Positions 1 through 9,698 of a DNA stretch of 64,000 nt are shown here, in pieces (position 1 is the first letter of the stretch; each line of letters opens with the position of its first letter). The notes beneath the pieces were generated by a model that had not been told where the DNA came from, did not search any database, and saw nothing but the letters and a program-made list of their open reading frames with translations. The position numbers and the translations under genes were made by a program. The stretch comes from Chthoniobacterales bacterium (GTDB lineage: Bacteria > Verrucomicrobiota > Verrucomicrobiia > Chthoniobacterales > UBA10450): the NCBI GenBank assembly GCA_039915555.1, contig JBDSNB010000044.1, forward strand, positions 3,122 to 67,121, given 5' to 3'.

Positions 1-1319
1 TTTGAGGCCTGGGCCGAAAGTTGAATCTCCCACGTCTTTTTGAGCCGCGGGACTTCGAAAGCAAAGAAGCGCGCGATTTGATCTTCGTCCTGCAGGATGA
101 AGCGTTCCCCCCTCGTGCCGAAACCGAGCGCCGATAACCGCTGCACGGCGGCGTCTTCGGCGTCCGCGTCGCGCAGGAGGATCGCTTCGCCCGCCGGATC
201 GCGGACGAAGGACGGTTCGCTCTCGCGTTTGGCGAAGCCCAGCGGTCGCGAGCCGTCCGCATAGGTCGCGCGCAGTTCGGCTCGCACTTCGCGGAGTGAG
301 CCTTCGAGGTTGAGCGCGAACTTCGGGGTCGCGTAGCGAACTTCGGGTAAAACGAAATCGCTCTCGACTTCAAACCACGCTTTTAAGTGCGGGGCAGTGG
401 AGATGAGAAATTTCTGGGCCCGTTCACCGCGCAGGGTGATCGATCCTTCCGCCAACGCCTGCAGATCGTCCGGTAGATTCTCCGGCAACGGCAGGAAGGA
501 AGTGTCGCGCGCCATCCAGGCTTCCTGGCCCGCAACGAGCAGTCGCTCATCCGCCGACGCTGCGAGTTTCAGCGTGACGGAATCCGCGTCGTCGCGGCTT
601 AGATGCAGGAGTGGCCGATGCGCTTCGATGGCGATGCTGACCGCTTTCGTTTTCCCGAAGGCCACGCGCGGATGCCCGCGCAGCGAACCCAGCAGGTGCA
701 GGAATTGTTCGCGCGAGAACAACTGCATCGCGAGCGGCGCGCCGAGGAAATCGAGCGCGGCGAGGTCGTGGTTATCGCAGGCGTAGGTTTCGTTAGGCGA
801 CAAGGTAGTCGGCATGGCGCGCTGACCAGAGCGCTCGATTTCGGTCACGAGCATGAGCTGTCCTTTGGCCCACGCGGACTCGAAGTTTGGCGGGAGAATG
901 AAATGGAGCGCGATCGGCGTGGCGGTTTCTTCGGCGCCGATTTCCACGAAATGCGGAGCGGGGGCCGGCGGTTCTTCGGCCCGGGGGCGGGCCGGCTCCA
1001 TCGCTTTTGGTTTAGTGGCGGCTTCGATCTGGGCGAGGCCGACGGCCAGAGAGTGCGCGCAGATTTTTCCCCAGGCGCGGGATTCGCGGCAGGTGCAGAT
1101 ATTTTCCACATCGGAAAAAGTCTTCACGCGCAATCCGGACCGCAGATTGTGAAGACCATCGCGCACCAGACCGGAGAGGATGGGCGGTTCGTAGTTCGCT
1201 TCGACCACACGACCGGCCTCATGCAGTCGCTGCGCGGCTTTCATGGCCGGCCAGCCGCCGGCGTTGACCAGGAATTTTTGCGTGATGGGGATGGCGGCGT
1301 TCGACACGAGGCGCACCAT
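1..1319 (-). CDS. SWIM zinc-finger protein, N-terminal part of a probable SNF2-type helicase (3' end runs off the window)
   Basis: Missing from the supplied ORF track because it is open at the window edge. My reverse-strand translation from the ATG at 1319 reads MVRLVSNAAIPITQKFLVNAGGWPAMKAAQRLHEAGRVV...DVENICTCRESRAWGKICAHSLAVGLAQ. This carries a CxC..CxH SWIM signature, and the frame stays open to position 1. The overlapping + strand ORFs (397..786, 603..1340) are Arg/Gly-rich antisense artefacts. Confidence 0.6.
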   Translation of the reverse strand, partial: MVRLVSNAAIPITQKFLVNAGGWPAMKAAQRLHEAGRVVEANYEPPILSGLVRDGLHNLRSGLRVKTFSDVENICTCRESRAWGKICAHSLAVGLAQIEAATKPKAMEPARPRAEEPPAPAPHFVEIGAEETATPIALHFILPPNFESAWAKGQLMLVTEIERSGQRAMPTTLSPNETYACDNHDLAALDFLGAPLAMQLFSREQFLHLLGSLRGHPRVAFGKTKAVSIAIEAHRPLLHLSRDDADSVTLKLAASADERLLVAGQEAWMARDTSFLPLPENLPDDLQALAEGSITLRGERAQKFLISTAPHLKAWFEVESDFVLPEVRYATPKFALNLEGSLREVRAELRATYADGSRPLGFAKRESEPSFVRDPAGEAILLRDADAEDAAVQRLSALGFGTRGERFILQDEDQIARFFAFEVPRLKKTWEIQLSAQAS

Positions 1320-1352
1320 AGCACGCGCCGGAAAGCGTGAGACTGTCCTGCC

Positions 1353-2453
1353 GTGAGTCCCGCTTCCGCTTATGCGCCCGGCCGTGTCGAATTACTCGGC
1401 AACCATACCGATTACAATCAAGGCGTGGTCCTGGCGGCGACGATCGATCGTGGCCTGACCGTGGCCGGGATCGCGCGTCAGGATGAATCGATCATCCTGA
1501 CGTCGATCAACGCGCGCGACCGGATTCACGCACCTTCGCTCCGCGAGCTGGAACCGCTGGGCAATGGGCATTGGGCGAACTATCCGCTCGGCGTGGTGCG
1601 GGAGTTTGTGCGCGCGGGATTTGAGATTCGCGGATTCGATGCGGAAATCTCGGGCGACCTGCCCTCGGGCGCGGGGCTGGCCAGCTCGGCCGCGCTGGAG
1701 GTGGCCACGGCGGGATTACTGATGAAGCTGCACGAATTGCAGATTGCTCCGATGGAGGTGGCGAAGCTTTGTCAGCGCGCGGAGAACGATTTCGCGGGCG
1801 TGCACTCGGGTTTGCTTGATCAGGCGACCTGCGTCTTTGGGCGCGCGGGACACGTCGTCTATCTCGATTGCCAGACAGAGGAAGTGCGGACGATTCCGTT
1901 TCCGGCCGACTGCGCACTGGTGGTGGCGGAGTCCGGCGGGAAACACGCTTTGCTGCAGAGTTTTTACAACGCGCGGCGGGAGGGATGCGCGAACGCCGCG
2001 GACGCGCTCGGGGTGGAAAGTTTGCGTGAGGTGACACCGGAACATTTGGAATTGGGCGGCGGCTCGCTCGATCCGGTGATCTCTCGGCGTGCGGCGCACA
2101 TCGTGGGCGAGAACGATCGGGTCTGGCGCGCGATCGACGCACTGGAGAAGGGCGACGCGGAGATGCTGGGCGCGTTGCTGAACGCGTCGCACGAAAGTTC
2201 CCGGACGAATTTTGAGAACAGCTCGACGGAACTGGATGCGCTGGTGGAACTGGCGCGCTCGCTCCCGGGTGTGCTCGGCTCGCGGCTGACGGGCGGCGGG
2301 TTTGGCGGGGCGACGGTTTCGCTCGTTAGGGCAAAGCAAGCGGACGAAGTCGCGGAAGCGCTGCGCCAGCGCGAGCAGGATCCGAGCGGACCTCCGACGA
2401 AGGTGTTTGTCTGCGCACTGGCGGACGGTGCGGTGGTTCGTTGGAATCGGTAG
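1353..2453 (+). CDS. galK: galactokinase
   Basis: GHMP-kinase/galactokinase signatures: GRVELLGNHTDYNQG near the N-terminus, PSGAGLASSAALEVA, and LTGGGFGGATVSL. Confidence 0.9.
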   Translation: MSPASAYAPGRVELLGNHTDYNQGVVLAATIDRGLTVAGIARQDESIILTSINARDRIHAPSLRELEPLGNGHWANYPLGVVREFVRAGFEIRGFDAEISGDLPSGAGLASSAALEVATAGLLMKLHELQIAPMEVAKLCQRAENDFAGVHSGLLDQATCVFGRAGHVVYLDCQTEEVRTIPFPADCALVVAESGGKHALLQSFYNARREGCANAADALGVESLREVTPEHLELGGGSLDPVISRRAAHIVGENDRVWRAIDALEKGDAEMLGALLNASHESSRTNFENSSTELDALVELARSLPGVLGSRLTGGGFGGATVSLVRAKQADEVAEALRQREQDPSGPPTKVFVCALADGAVVRWNR

Positions 2454-2558
2454 GGACGCCGCGCTGCGGCGTCCGAGGCGGGTGGATGGCGGCGATGACG
2501 TTCGATCGTTCTCTGGCGTGGCCCCATCTCTCGGACGGCGCAGCGCACCGTCCCTACC
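2449..2558. repeat. REP-like palindromic intergenic element (imperfect 20-nt terminal inverted repeats enclosing GC-rich hairpins)
   Basis: GGTAGGGACGCCGCGCTGCG (2449-2468) matches the reverse complement of 2539-2558 (GGTAGGGACGGTGCGCTGCG) at 18 of 20 positions. An internal perfect 9-bp hairpin GGACGCCGC/GCGGCGTCC lies at 2454-2474, directly after the galK stop. A second hairpin GGACGG..CCGTCC lies at 2533-2553, and a third GGACGGCG copy at about 2563. Confidence 0.4.
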
Positions 2559-2597
2559 CACTGGACGGCGTCGCGTCGCAGCGGATGTTCCAGCTCC

Positions 2598-3656
2598 ATG
2601 AATGCAGACAGCGAAGATTTTCTGAAACAGCTCGTCGAGACGCCGAGCCCTTCCGGTTACGAACACGGAGTGCAGAAGCTGGTGCGGGAGCGGATCGCGC
2701 CCTGGTGCGACGAAGTGCGCACGGACGTGATGGGAAACGTCTTCGGCACCCGGCAACCACAAGGCCGGCCGCGGATCATGCTCGCCGGGCACTGCGACCA
2801 GATCGGGTTCATCATTAACTACATCACGGACGATGGGTTTCTGTATTTTGAACCGATCGGCGGCGTGGATCCGGTGGTGGCGACTTCGCAGCGGGTTTCG
2901 ATCATGACGCGGAACGGTCTGCTCACGGGCGTGATCGGGCGGAAGGCGATCCATCTGATGGACGAGGAGGACAAGAAAAAGGTGCCGAAGATGTTCGATC
3001 TCTACCTCGACATCGGGGTCTCGACGAAGAAGGACGCGCTCGAGTTGGTGTCGTTAGGCGACGCGGGAGTTTTCCTGCAACCCTATATCGAACTGGCGAA
3101 CGAGCGGGCGGTGGCGATGGCGTTCGATAACAAGATGGGGACGTGGATCGTGACGGAGGTTTTGCGTTTGTTGCAGGGGCAGGTTTTCGAAGCGTGCGTG
3201 ATTGGCGTGTCCACGGTGCAGGAGGAGATCGGACTGCGCGGCGCGCACACGAGCGCGTTTTCGAGCGAGGCGGAGGTGGGGATCGCGCTCGATGTGGCGC
3301 ACGCCACCGATATGCCGGGGATCGAGAAGAAGCGCGCGGGCGATTTAAAGCTCGGCGGCGGGCCGATCATTGCGCGCGGGGCGAACATCAATCCGCGCGT
3401 CTTCGAGTTACTGGTGGCGGCCGCGGAAGCGGAAGGCATCGCCTACCAAGTGGAGCCAGCGGCGCGCGGGACGGGGACGGATGCGAACGCGATGCAGCTC
3501 GCGCGCGGCGGGATGGCGACGGGGTTGCTCTCGGTTCCTTTGCGCTACATGCACACGCCGAATGAGTTGCTCTCGCTGGAGGATTTGGAGAATACTGCTC
3601 GCTTGCTCGCCGCTTTTTGTGCACGGCTGAATCAGAGTCAGGACTTCACGCCGTGA
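2598..3656 (+). CDS. M42 family metallopeptidase (glutamyl aminopeptidase / FrvX-CelM-like)
   Basis: The N-terminus LKQLVETPSPSGYEHGV, the motif MLAGHCDQIGF, and the C-terminal PLRYMHTPNE are typical of the M42 family. Confidence 0.85.
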   Translation: MNADSEDFLKQLVETPSPSGYEHGVQKLVRERIAPWCDEVRTDVMGNVFGTRQPQGRPRIMLAGHCDQIGFIINYITDDGFLYFEPIGGVDPVVATSQRVSIMTRNGLLTGVIGRKAIHLMDEEDKKKVPKMFDLYLDIGVSTKKDALELVSLGDAGVFLQPYIELANERAVAMAFDNKMGTWIVTEVLRLLQGQVFEACVIGVSTVQEEIGLRGAHTSAFSSEAEVGIALDVAHATDMPGIEKKRAGDLKLGGGPIIARGANINPRVFELLVAAAEAEGIAYQVEPAARGTGTDANAMQLARGGMATGLLSVPLRYMHTPNELLSLEDLENTARLLAAFCARLNQSQDFTP

Positions 3657-3696
3657 CGCGGAAAAGAAGTGGCTGAGAAAAACTGAGGAGACGCTT

Positions 3697-4839
3697 ATGA
3701 ACGCGACACGGAGGAAGTTTATTCAAGTTTCCGCGATGGCGGGTGGAGCGTTAGGCGCGGGGTTGTTTACCCAAACCGGACGCGCGGCGGATGAGAAGGC
3801 TGGCAAGCCGCTGCGCATTTTGGTGCTCGGCGGGACCGGTTTCACGGGGCCGTTTCAAGTGAAGTATGCGCTGGAGCGCGGACACACGGTGACGGTGTTT
3901 AATCGTGGCAAAACGCGGCCGGGTGAATTGCCGGAAGGCGTGGAGCAATTGATCGGCGATCGGAATGGGCAGCTCGATGCGCTCAAGAATCGCGAGTGGG
4001 ATGTGGCGATCGATAACCCGACGAGCGCCCCGGTTTGGATTCGCGATGTGGCGCAGGTCTTAAAGGGGAATGTGGAAAACTACGTCTTCATTTCCTCGAT
4101 TTCGGTTTACGCCGATAACAGCAAGCCGAACGACGAAACCGGCGCGGTGGCGAAGTACGAAGGCGCGGATGCGATGAAGGAATCGCGCGAGACGATCGTG
4201 GCGTCGCAATTCAAACTCTACGGCCCGTTGAAGGCGCTCTCGGAAGAGGAAGCGGAGAAGTGGTTTCCCAAAAAGGCGCTCGTGATTCGACCGGGTTTGA
4301 TCGTGGGACCGGGCGACCAGACGGATCGATTCACTTATTGGCCGGTGCGAATCGAGCGCGGCGGTGAGGTGCTGGCGCCGGGCGCGCCGAGCGATCCGGT
4401 GCAGATCATCGATGCGCGCGATCTGGCGGAGTGGACGATCCGGATGGTGGAGCAGCGGGCGGTGGGAATTTATAACGCGACCGGGCCGGAGAAGCCATGG
4501 CCGATGGGTGAGATGCTGGATGGGATCAAAACAGCGCTGAAGTCGGAGGCGAAATTTACCTGGGCGGACGCCGATTTTCTGGAAGCGCAGAAGGTGGCAC
4601 CGTGGTCGGACATGCCGGTGTGGGTGCCGCCGCGCGGAGAGGAAGGCGGGATGGGACGCACGAGCAACGCGAAAGCGTTGGCGGCGGGGTTGACCTTCCG
4701 TTCGTTAGCCGACACGTCGCGCGATACGCTGGCGTGGTTCAAGACATTGCCGGCCGAACGGCAGAAGACGTTGAAGGCGGGTCTGACGCCGGAACGCGAA
4801 GCGGAAGTGCTGGCGGCGTGGCATAAGCGCGAGGGCTAG
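3697..4839 (+). CDS. NAD(P)-dependent epimerase/dehydratase-family (SDR) protein with a twin-arginine signal
   Basis: Tat-like leader MNATRRKFIQVSAMAGGALGAGLF, followed by the Rossmann motif ILVLGGTGFTGP. Confidence 0.75.
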   Translation: MNATRRKFIQVSAMAGGALGAGLFTQTGRAADEKAGKPLRILVLGGTGFTGPFQVKYALERGHTVTVFNRGKTRPGELPEGVEQLIGDRNGQLDALKNREWDVAIDNPTSAPVWIRDVAQVLKGNVENYVFISSISVYADNSKPNDETGAVAKYEGADAMKESRETIVASQFKLYGPLKALSEEEAEKWFPKKALVIRPGLIVGPGDQTDRFTYWPVRIERGGEVLAPGAPSDPVQIIDARDLAEWTIRMVEQRAVGIYNATGPEKPWPMGEMLDGIKTALKSEAKFTWADADFLEAQKVAPWSDMPVWVPPRGEEGGMGRTSNAKALAAGLTFRSLADTSRDTLAWFKTLPAERQKTLKAGLTPEREAEVLAAWHKREG

Positions 4840-4852
4840 GGGAGGGCTTCTC

Positions 4853-6163
4853 ATGGCCCGATTCTCAGATTGGTTTTCGGGTGAGATTCTCTCGCGTCTG
4901 ACAAGAGTTGAACGGCGCGAACGGCTGCTGGTCATTGTCGCGTTCTTTCTTTTTTTCTGCGTACTGGGCGGCTACTTCGCCGTCCGGCCGGTGCGAGAAA
5001 CTGTCGGCACGCTTCTAGGCCGCGATCGCGTGGCCAACCTCTGGCTGGCCACTTGGATTGCGTCCCTGGCGATTGTTCCCTTGTACGGAGCGGTGGTCGC
5101 GAAAATCAGGCGGAGCGTTTTCCTTCCACTCATTTATGGGTTCGTCGCGGTCGCGCTGGCGATCGTGGGCCTCGTCCTGCAAACGCGGCCGCAAAGCTTG
5201 GGCATCGGCCAGTTCTTCTACGTCTTCATCAGCGTCCTCAGCCTTTTCCTCGTCTCGGTTTTCTGGAGTTTCCTGGTCGAGCTTTTCGATTCGGGACAAG
5301 CGAAACGGCTCTTTCCAGTAATCGCCGCCGGCGGAACTGCCGGTGCTCTCGTCGGACCGCTCTTCACCGATCTCGCGGCACGGACAATCGGGAATGCCGG
5401 CATCCTTTTCGTCGGGGCCGCGCTCTTTGGGATGGCCGTCGTGCTGCAGAGAATCCTGATTCGTCTTTGGAAAAGCGGGCCCGAACCTGCTCGCGAAGCC
5501 GGCGCAACTCAGGAGCAAACGCGGGACCGCGCCCTCGGCGGAAATGTATTTGCGGGCGTTACGCTGGTCTTGCGTTCGCCTTACCTGCTCGCGATTGCGG
5601 CCTACGTGACTTTGCTGGCGACCGCGAACACCTTTCTTTACTTCGAACAGTTGCGACTGGTCGAAGCCACCTTCGCGGATGTGCAGACACGCACGAGTGT
5701 TTTTGCGCGGATCGACTGGATCGTCCAGAGCCTGACGATTCTGGCGCAACTCTTCATCACCGGCAGAGTCGCTTCGCGTTTAGGGCTAGTCGTACTGCTT
5801 ACGATCATTCCTGTGGCCATCCTCTTTGGATTCCTGGCGCTGGCGATCTGGAACACGTTTGCGCTTTTCGCGGTGGTCATCGTCCTGCGTCGCAGCGGCG
5901 AATACGCTTTCGTTCGTCCCGGCCGGGAGATGCTTTGGACCTCAATGTCCAGGGAGACAAAATACAAGGCGAAGAATTTCGTGGACGTGCCCGTTTATCG
6001 CGGGGCGGACGCAGCGGTCGCGCAACTGCAACGCGCGATTGAAGCGGCTGGATTCGGCGCCCCCACTGTGGCCCTGTTCGGCGCGGTGGGCGCGGCCGCC
6101 TGGGTGGTAAATGGCTGGTGGCTGGGTCGACGCTATGACTCTGCCGCGCGAAAATCGAGCTAA
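4853..6163 (+). CDS. polytopic MFS-type transporter (TLC / Npt-like family, substrate unknown)
   Basis: About 12 hydrophobic segments. The N-terminus RERLLVIVAFFLFFCVLGGYFAVRPVRETVG resembles ATP/ADP-translocase-like MFS proteins. The family assignment is from memory only. Confidence 0.6.
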   Translation: MARFSDWFSGEILSRLTRVERRERLLVIVAFFLFFCVLGGYFAVRPVRETVGTLLGRDRVANLWLATWIASLAIVPLYGAVVAKIRRSVFLPLIYGFVAVALAIVGLVLQTRPQSLGIGQFFYVFISVLSLFLVSVFWSFLVELFDSGQAKRLFPVIAAGGTAGALVGPLFTDLAARTIGNAGILFVGAALFGMAVVLQRILIRLWKSGPEPAREAGATQEQTRDRALGGNVFAGVTLVLRSPYLLAIAAYVTLLATANTFLYFEQLRLVEATFADVQTRTSVFARIDWIVQSLTILAQLFITGRVASRLGLVVLLTIIPVAILFGFLALAIWNTFALFAVVIVLRRSGEYAFVRPGREMLWTSMSRETKYKAKNFVDVPVYRGADAAVAQLQRAIEAAGFGAPTVALFGAVGAAAWVVNGWWLGRRYDSAARKSS

Positions 6164-6247
6164 CTTCTGGGGAGCGCACACCTTCGCGCGGGCAGATTTT
6201 TTGGGATGAACTCTCGTCGCGAATTGAAGAGCGGAAGGAGCCGCGCC

Positions 6248-6556
6248 TTACTCGCTCGCTTCCTGGTCGCGCAAGTCGAGAAGCGTTTTGCAGAGCGCGT
6301 CGACGGCGGCTTCGGCGTCGATGCCGAAGGCCTCCAATTGCGCGGTGGCGCCGCATTCGAATTGGCCGCGCAGGATGTCCATCAGACTCATGGCGTCGTA
6401 GCGTTCGCCGTTTCGCAGGATGAAAATCTGGGAGCGGAAGCTATTCGCGCGGCGGACAAAAGCGGCGGCGGGACGGGCGTGAAAGCCGTGCTTGTTCGAG
6501 ATGACAATGTCGCGCGTGATCTTGACCGGCTCGCGCTTGGTTCGCCACAACATCAT
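6248..6556 (-). CDS. ptsH: HPr-family phosphocarrier protein
   Basis: ITRDIVISNKHGFHARPAAAFV contains the HPr His-15 active-site motif (GxHARPA). The length, about 100 aa, fits HPr. Confidence 0.8.
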   Translation of the reverse strand: MMLWRTKREPVKITRDIVISNKHGFHARPAAAFVRRANSFRSQIFILRNGERYDAMSLMDILRGQFECGATAQLEAFGIDAEAAVDALCKTLLDLRDQEASE

Positions 6557-6837
6557 GTGCCGGGGAGGAGGGAGCGGGCCGCTTTATTCTTGCCGAAGGA
6601 CATGTGTTCGTTTGTTTTGCCGAAAAGCTCCGCGCGGTTGAGCGCTCGGCGGGTTCGAACAGGCCTAGTTTACTCCATCCGGGCGCCGCTCGCAATCGCC
6701 GGAAACGACCGCGCGCGTCCGCAGATGCGATGAAGCGGCAATGCGGGCTTGGATTTTTCTCGTGAAATGGCGGCTTTCGGCCAAGCTCTGAGCCCGGCAG
6801 AAAAAGCCGGCGTTTCCCAGGACCGATAATTTTTGCC

Positions 6838-8619
6838 ATGACGCTTCCCATCGCTTTCGTCCTGGGCTTGTTGTTGATCGCGGTGGTGCTTTTCGCGACC
6901 GAGCGGGTCTCGGTGGATCTCGTCACCTTCATGCTTTTGATCGCGCTCGTGGTGGGCGGAATATTGACGCCGCGCGAAGCGTTCGGAGGGTTTAGCGAGG
7001 ATATCATCATCATCCTGGGCTCGATTTTCGTGATCAGCGGTGCGCTGCAGCAAACGGGAGTGCTCGATCTGCTCGGCACGCGGGTGCTGAAATTGGCGGG
7101 CTCGAATCCGAACCGGTTGCTGCTTTTATTAATGACGAGCACGGCGGCGATCTCGGGCTTCATGAATAACACGACCGTGACCGGCATGTTCGTTCCACCG
7201 GTGGTGACACTGGCGCGGCGGGCGAAGATCGCCGCGTCGAAATTGCTCATGCCGCTCGCGTTCGCCTCCATTCTGGGCGGCACCTGCACGCTCATCGGCA
7301 CGTCGACGAATGTGGCGGTGAGCGGTTACATCAAACGCGCCGGGATGGAGGAGATCGGGATGTTTGAGGTCACACCGATCGGGGTGGTGATGGTGCTGGT
7401 AGGCCTCGCCTACATGATGTTGATCGGTAAACGCCTCCTGCCCGATCACCCCGAGGAGAGCCTGACCGCGAACTATGCGATGCGCGAATACGTGAGCGAG
7501 ATCATCGTCCTGCCGGACTCGCCGCTCATCGGGCAGAAAAGCTACGACTCGGATTTGAACGTGCTCGAGTTCAGCATTCTCAAAATCCTGCGCGCGCAAC
7601 GCGAGATCATTCCCGGCCGCAATATCCTGATCGAGGAAGGCGACACGCTCCTTGTGGAAGGCAAGGCGGAGACCTTGATGAAGGTGAAGAAGATCGAGGG
7701 CATCGAGATCAAACCTGAGTTCAGCCTGGGCGATCTGGATTTGCAGACTGCGGACATGCGGATCGCCGAAGTCCTCCTCACGCCGCAAAGCGAACTCGCC
7801 GGTCGCACTCTGCGCGAGGCGAATTTTCGCCAACACTACGGACTGACCGCGCTCGCGCTTTACCGGCATGGGCAATCGTTGCGCGAACAGGTGGGCAAGA
7901 TCGTGCTGCGCGTGGGCGACCTGCTGCTCGTGCAAGGCGAAGGAGCGCGGATCGAGGGACTGCGCAGCCATCCCGGGCTCTCGCTCCTCGGCGAGGTGAC
8001 GGAGCCATTTTACCACCCGCGCAAAGGGATGCTCACGATCATTCTCTTCGTCGCGGCGGTGCTGATCGGCAGCCTGGGTTTGGTGCCGCTCTCGGTGGCG
8101 TTTCTTTCGGCGGCGGTGATGACGGTGCTCTTGCGCTGCATCAGCGTCGAGCGGGCCTATGAATTTGTGGATTGGCGTTTGCTTATCCTGATCGGCGGCA
8201 TGACGGCCTTCGGCACCGCGATGGAAAAGAGCGGCTGCGCTGCGCTCCTGGCCGATCTCATCGTGCAATGGTTCGAGCCGTTCGGCGTGCTCGCAATCCT
8301 CGGCGGCTTCTTCATTCTCACGATCATTCTCACACAGCCGATGTCGAACGCGGCCGCCGCGCTCGTCGTCCTTCCGGTGGCGCTAAACGCGGCCCATAAG
8401 CTGGGCGCGAACGAACGCACCTTTGCCATCGGTATCATGCTCACAGCGTCGCTTTCGTTGGTCGCGCCCTTCGAGCCGTCTTGCATCCTGGTTTACGGGC
8501 CGGGAAAATATCGCATCGCGGACTTCGTGAAGGTGGGAATGGGCCTCACCATCACGCTCGCGCTCGTGGTGCTTTTCGCGCTCGATTTCTTCTGGCCGCT
8601 GATGAAAGTCGCGCCCTGA
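6838..8619 (+). CDS. SLC13/DASS-family permease with central tandem TrkA-C (RCK_C) domains
   Basis: Hydrophobic N- and C-terminal halves flank a soluble region of about 200 aa (EYVSEIIVLPDSPLIGQ...; AEVLLTPQSELAGRTLRE...), which is typical of RCK_C pairs. Confidence 0.85.
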   Translation: MTLPIAFVLGLLLIAVVLFATERVSVDLVTFMLLIALVVGGILTPREAFGGFSEDIIIILGSIFVISGALQQTGVLDLLGTRVLKLAGSNPNRLLLLLMTSTAAISGFMNNTTVTGMFVPPVVTLARRAKIAASKLLMPLAFASILGGTCTLIGTSTNVAVSGYIKRAGMEEIGMFEVTPIGVVMVLVGLAYMMLIGKRLLPDHPEESLTANYAMREYVSEIIVLPDSPLIGQKSYDSDLNVLEFSILKILRAQREIIPGRNILIEEGDTLLVEGKAETLMKVKKIEGIEIKPEFSLGDLDLQTADMRIAEVLLTPQSELAGRTLREANFRQHYGLTALALYRHGQSLREQVGKIVLRVGDLLLVQGEGARIEGLRSHPGLSLLGEVTEPFYHPRKGMLTIILFVAAVLIGSLGLVPLSVAFLSAAVMTVLLRCISVERAYEFVDWRLLILIGGMTAFGTAMEKSGCAALLADLIVQWFEPFGVLAILGGFFILTIILTQPMSNAAAALVVLPVALNAAHKLGANERTFAIGIMLTASLSLVAPFEPSCILVYGPGKYRIADFVKVGMGLTITLALVVLFALDFFWPLMKVAP

Positions 8620-8670
8620 AGAGGCCGGGCCTGCTTATTGCTTTAAATCCGGGACAACCTATCGTCGCCA

Positions 8671-9648
8671 GTGCCTGTTTCATCTCCGCTTCCTGAGCAT
8701 TCCGTCGAGCGCCCAATCGTTCCCCGCGAAGTTCCGCCTTCGCCCAATGCGAAATTACCTCCGCGCGAACGCACGCTGCTGAACGTCCCGCGGCATCGAA
8801 TTAATTGGATCACGAGTTCGTTCCTCATCGGCACTGCGTTGCTCACCGTCACCGCCGTCCCGTTTTATCTTTGGAAGTTTGGGCTCGATTGGTTTCAGAT
8901 CGCGCTCTTCTTTGCCATGTTCGCTGCGAGCGGGTTCAGCATCAGCCTCGGTTATCACCGGCTCTTTTCGCACATCGCATTCCAGGCCGCGTGGCCGGTG
9001 CGTTTGTTCACCCTCGTCTTCGGCGCGGGTGCGTTCGAGAACTCGGTCATCATGTGGGCGAGCGAACATCGCCGCCATCACAAGCACGTCGATCACGACG
9101 ACGATCCGTATGACATCTCGAAAGGTTTTTTCTACGCGCACATCGGCTGGTTGCTTTTCAAAATGAGCCCGCAACCGCCCTTCGATAACGTGCCGGATTT
9201 GAAACGCGACCGCCTTGTCATGTGGCAGCATCGCCATGTGCATCTGATCGCGGTGCTCGTGGCTTTCGCGCTCCCGACTTTGATCGGCTGGGCGTCGAAC
9301 GGCGCCGTTGGCGCGCTCGGCGGATTCCTGATCGCGGGCGTGGCACGCGTCACCGTGCTCCAGCATTGCACCTTTCTCATCAATAGCGCCTGCCACACGC
9401 TCGGCCGGCAGCCGTACTCAGATCGTTGCAGCGCGCGCGATTCGCATTTGCTCGCGCTCTTCACCTTCGGCGAGGGCTACCACAACTATCACCACGAGTT
9501 TCAGCACGACTATCGCAACGGCGTGAAGCCGTGGGAATTTGATCCCACGAAATGGATCATCTGGACGCTCTCGAAACTCGGGCTCACGGCGAACCTGCGC
9601 CGCGTCGCCGCCGAAAAAGTGCGCGAAGCCCAGAGCCTGCGCCGCTAA
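8671..9648 (+). CDS. acyl-CoA (delta-9-type) fatty acid desaturase
   Basis: Three histidine boxes: HRLFSH, HRRHHKHVDHDDDPY and GEGYHNYHHEFQHDY. The start codon is uncertain because the N-terminal extension is Pro-rich. Confidence 0.85.
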   Translation: MPVSSPLPEHSVERPIVPREVPPSPNAKLPPRERTLLNVPRHRINWITSSFLIGTALLTVTAVPFYLWKFGLDWFQIALFFAMFAASGFSISLGYHRLFSHIAFQAAWPVRLFTLVFGAGAFENSVIMWASEHRRHHKHVDHDDDPYDISKGFFYAHIGWLLFKMSPQPPFDNVPDLKRDRLVMWQHRHVHLIAVLVAFALPTLIGWASNGAVGALGGFLIAGVARVTVLQHCTFLINSACHTLGRQPYSDRCSARDSHLLALFTFGEGYHNYHHEFQHDYRNGVKPWEFDPTKWIIWTLSKLGLTANLRRVAAEKVREAQSLRR

Positions 9649-9698
9649 ACGCCTGTTGTTGGGCGCTTCTGCGAAACGTCATTGCATTCGCACGCACA

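Noticed and set aside
603-1340. 245-aa + strand ORF (with 397..786 and 853..1152) upstream of galK
   Set aside because: The translation is Arg/Gly/His-rich and low in complexity, with no motifs. It lies antisense to a reverse-strand frame that carries a clear SWIM zinc finger, which is typical of a high-GC shadow ORF.
1716-2954. 412-aa minus-strand ORF spanning galK and the peptidase start
   Set aside because: It is antisense to two genes with strong family motifs. Its composition is dominated by Arg, His and Pro, and it would bridge an intergenic palindromic element.
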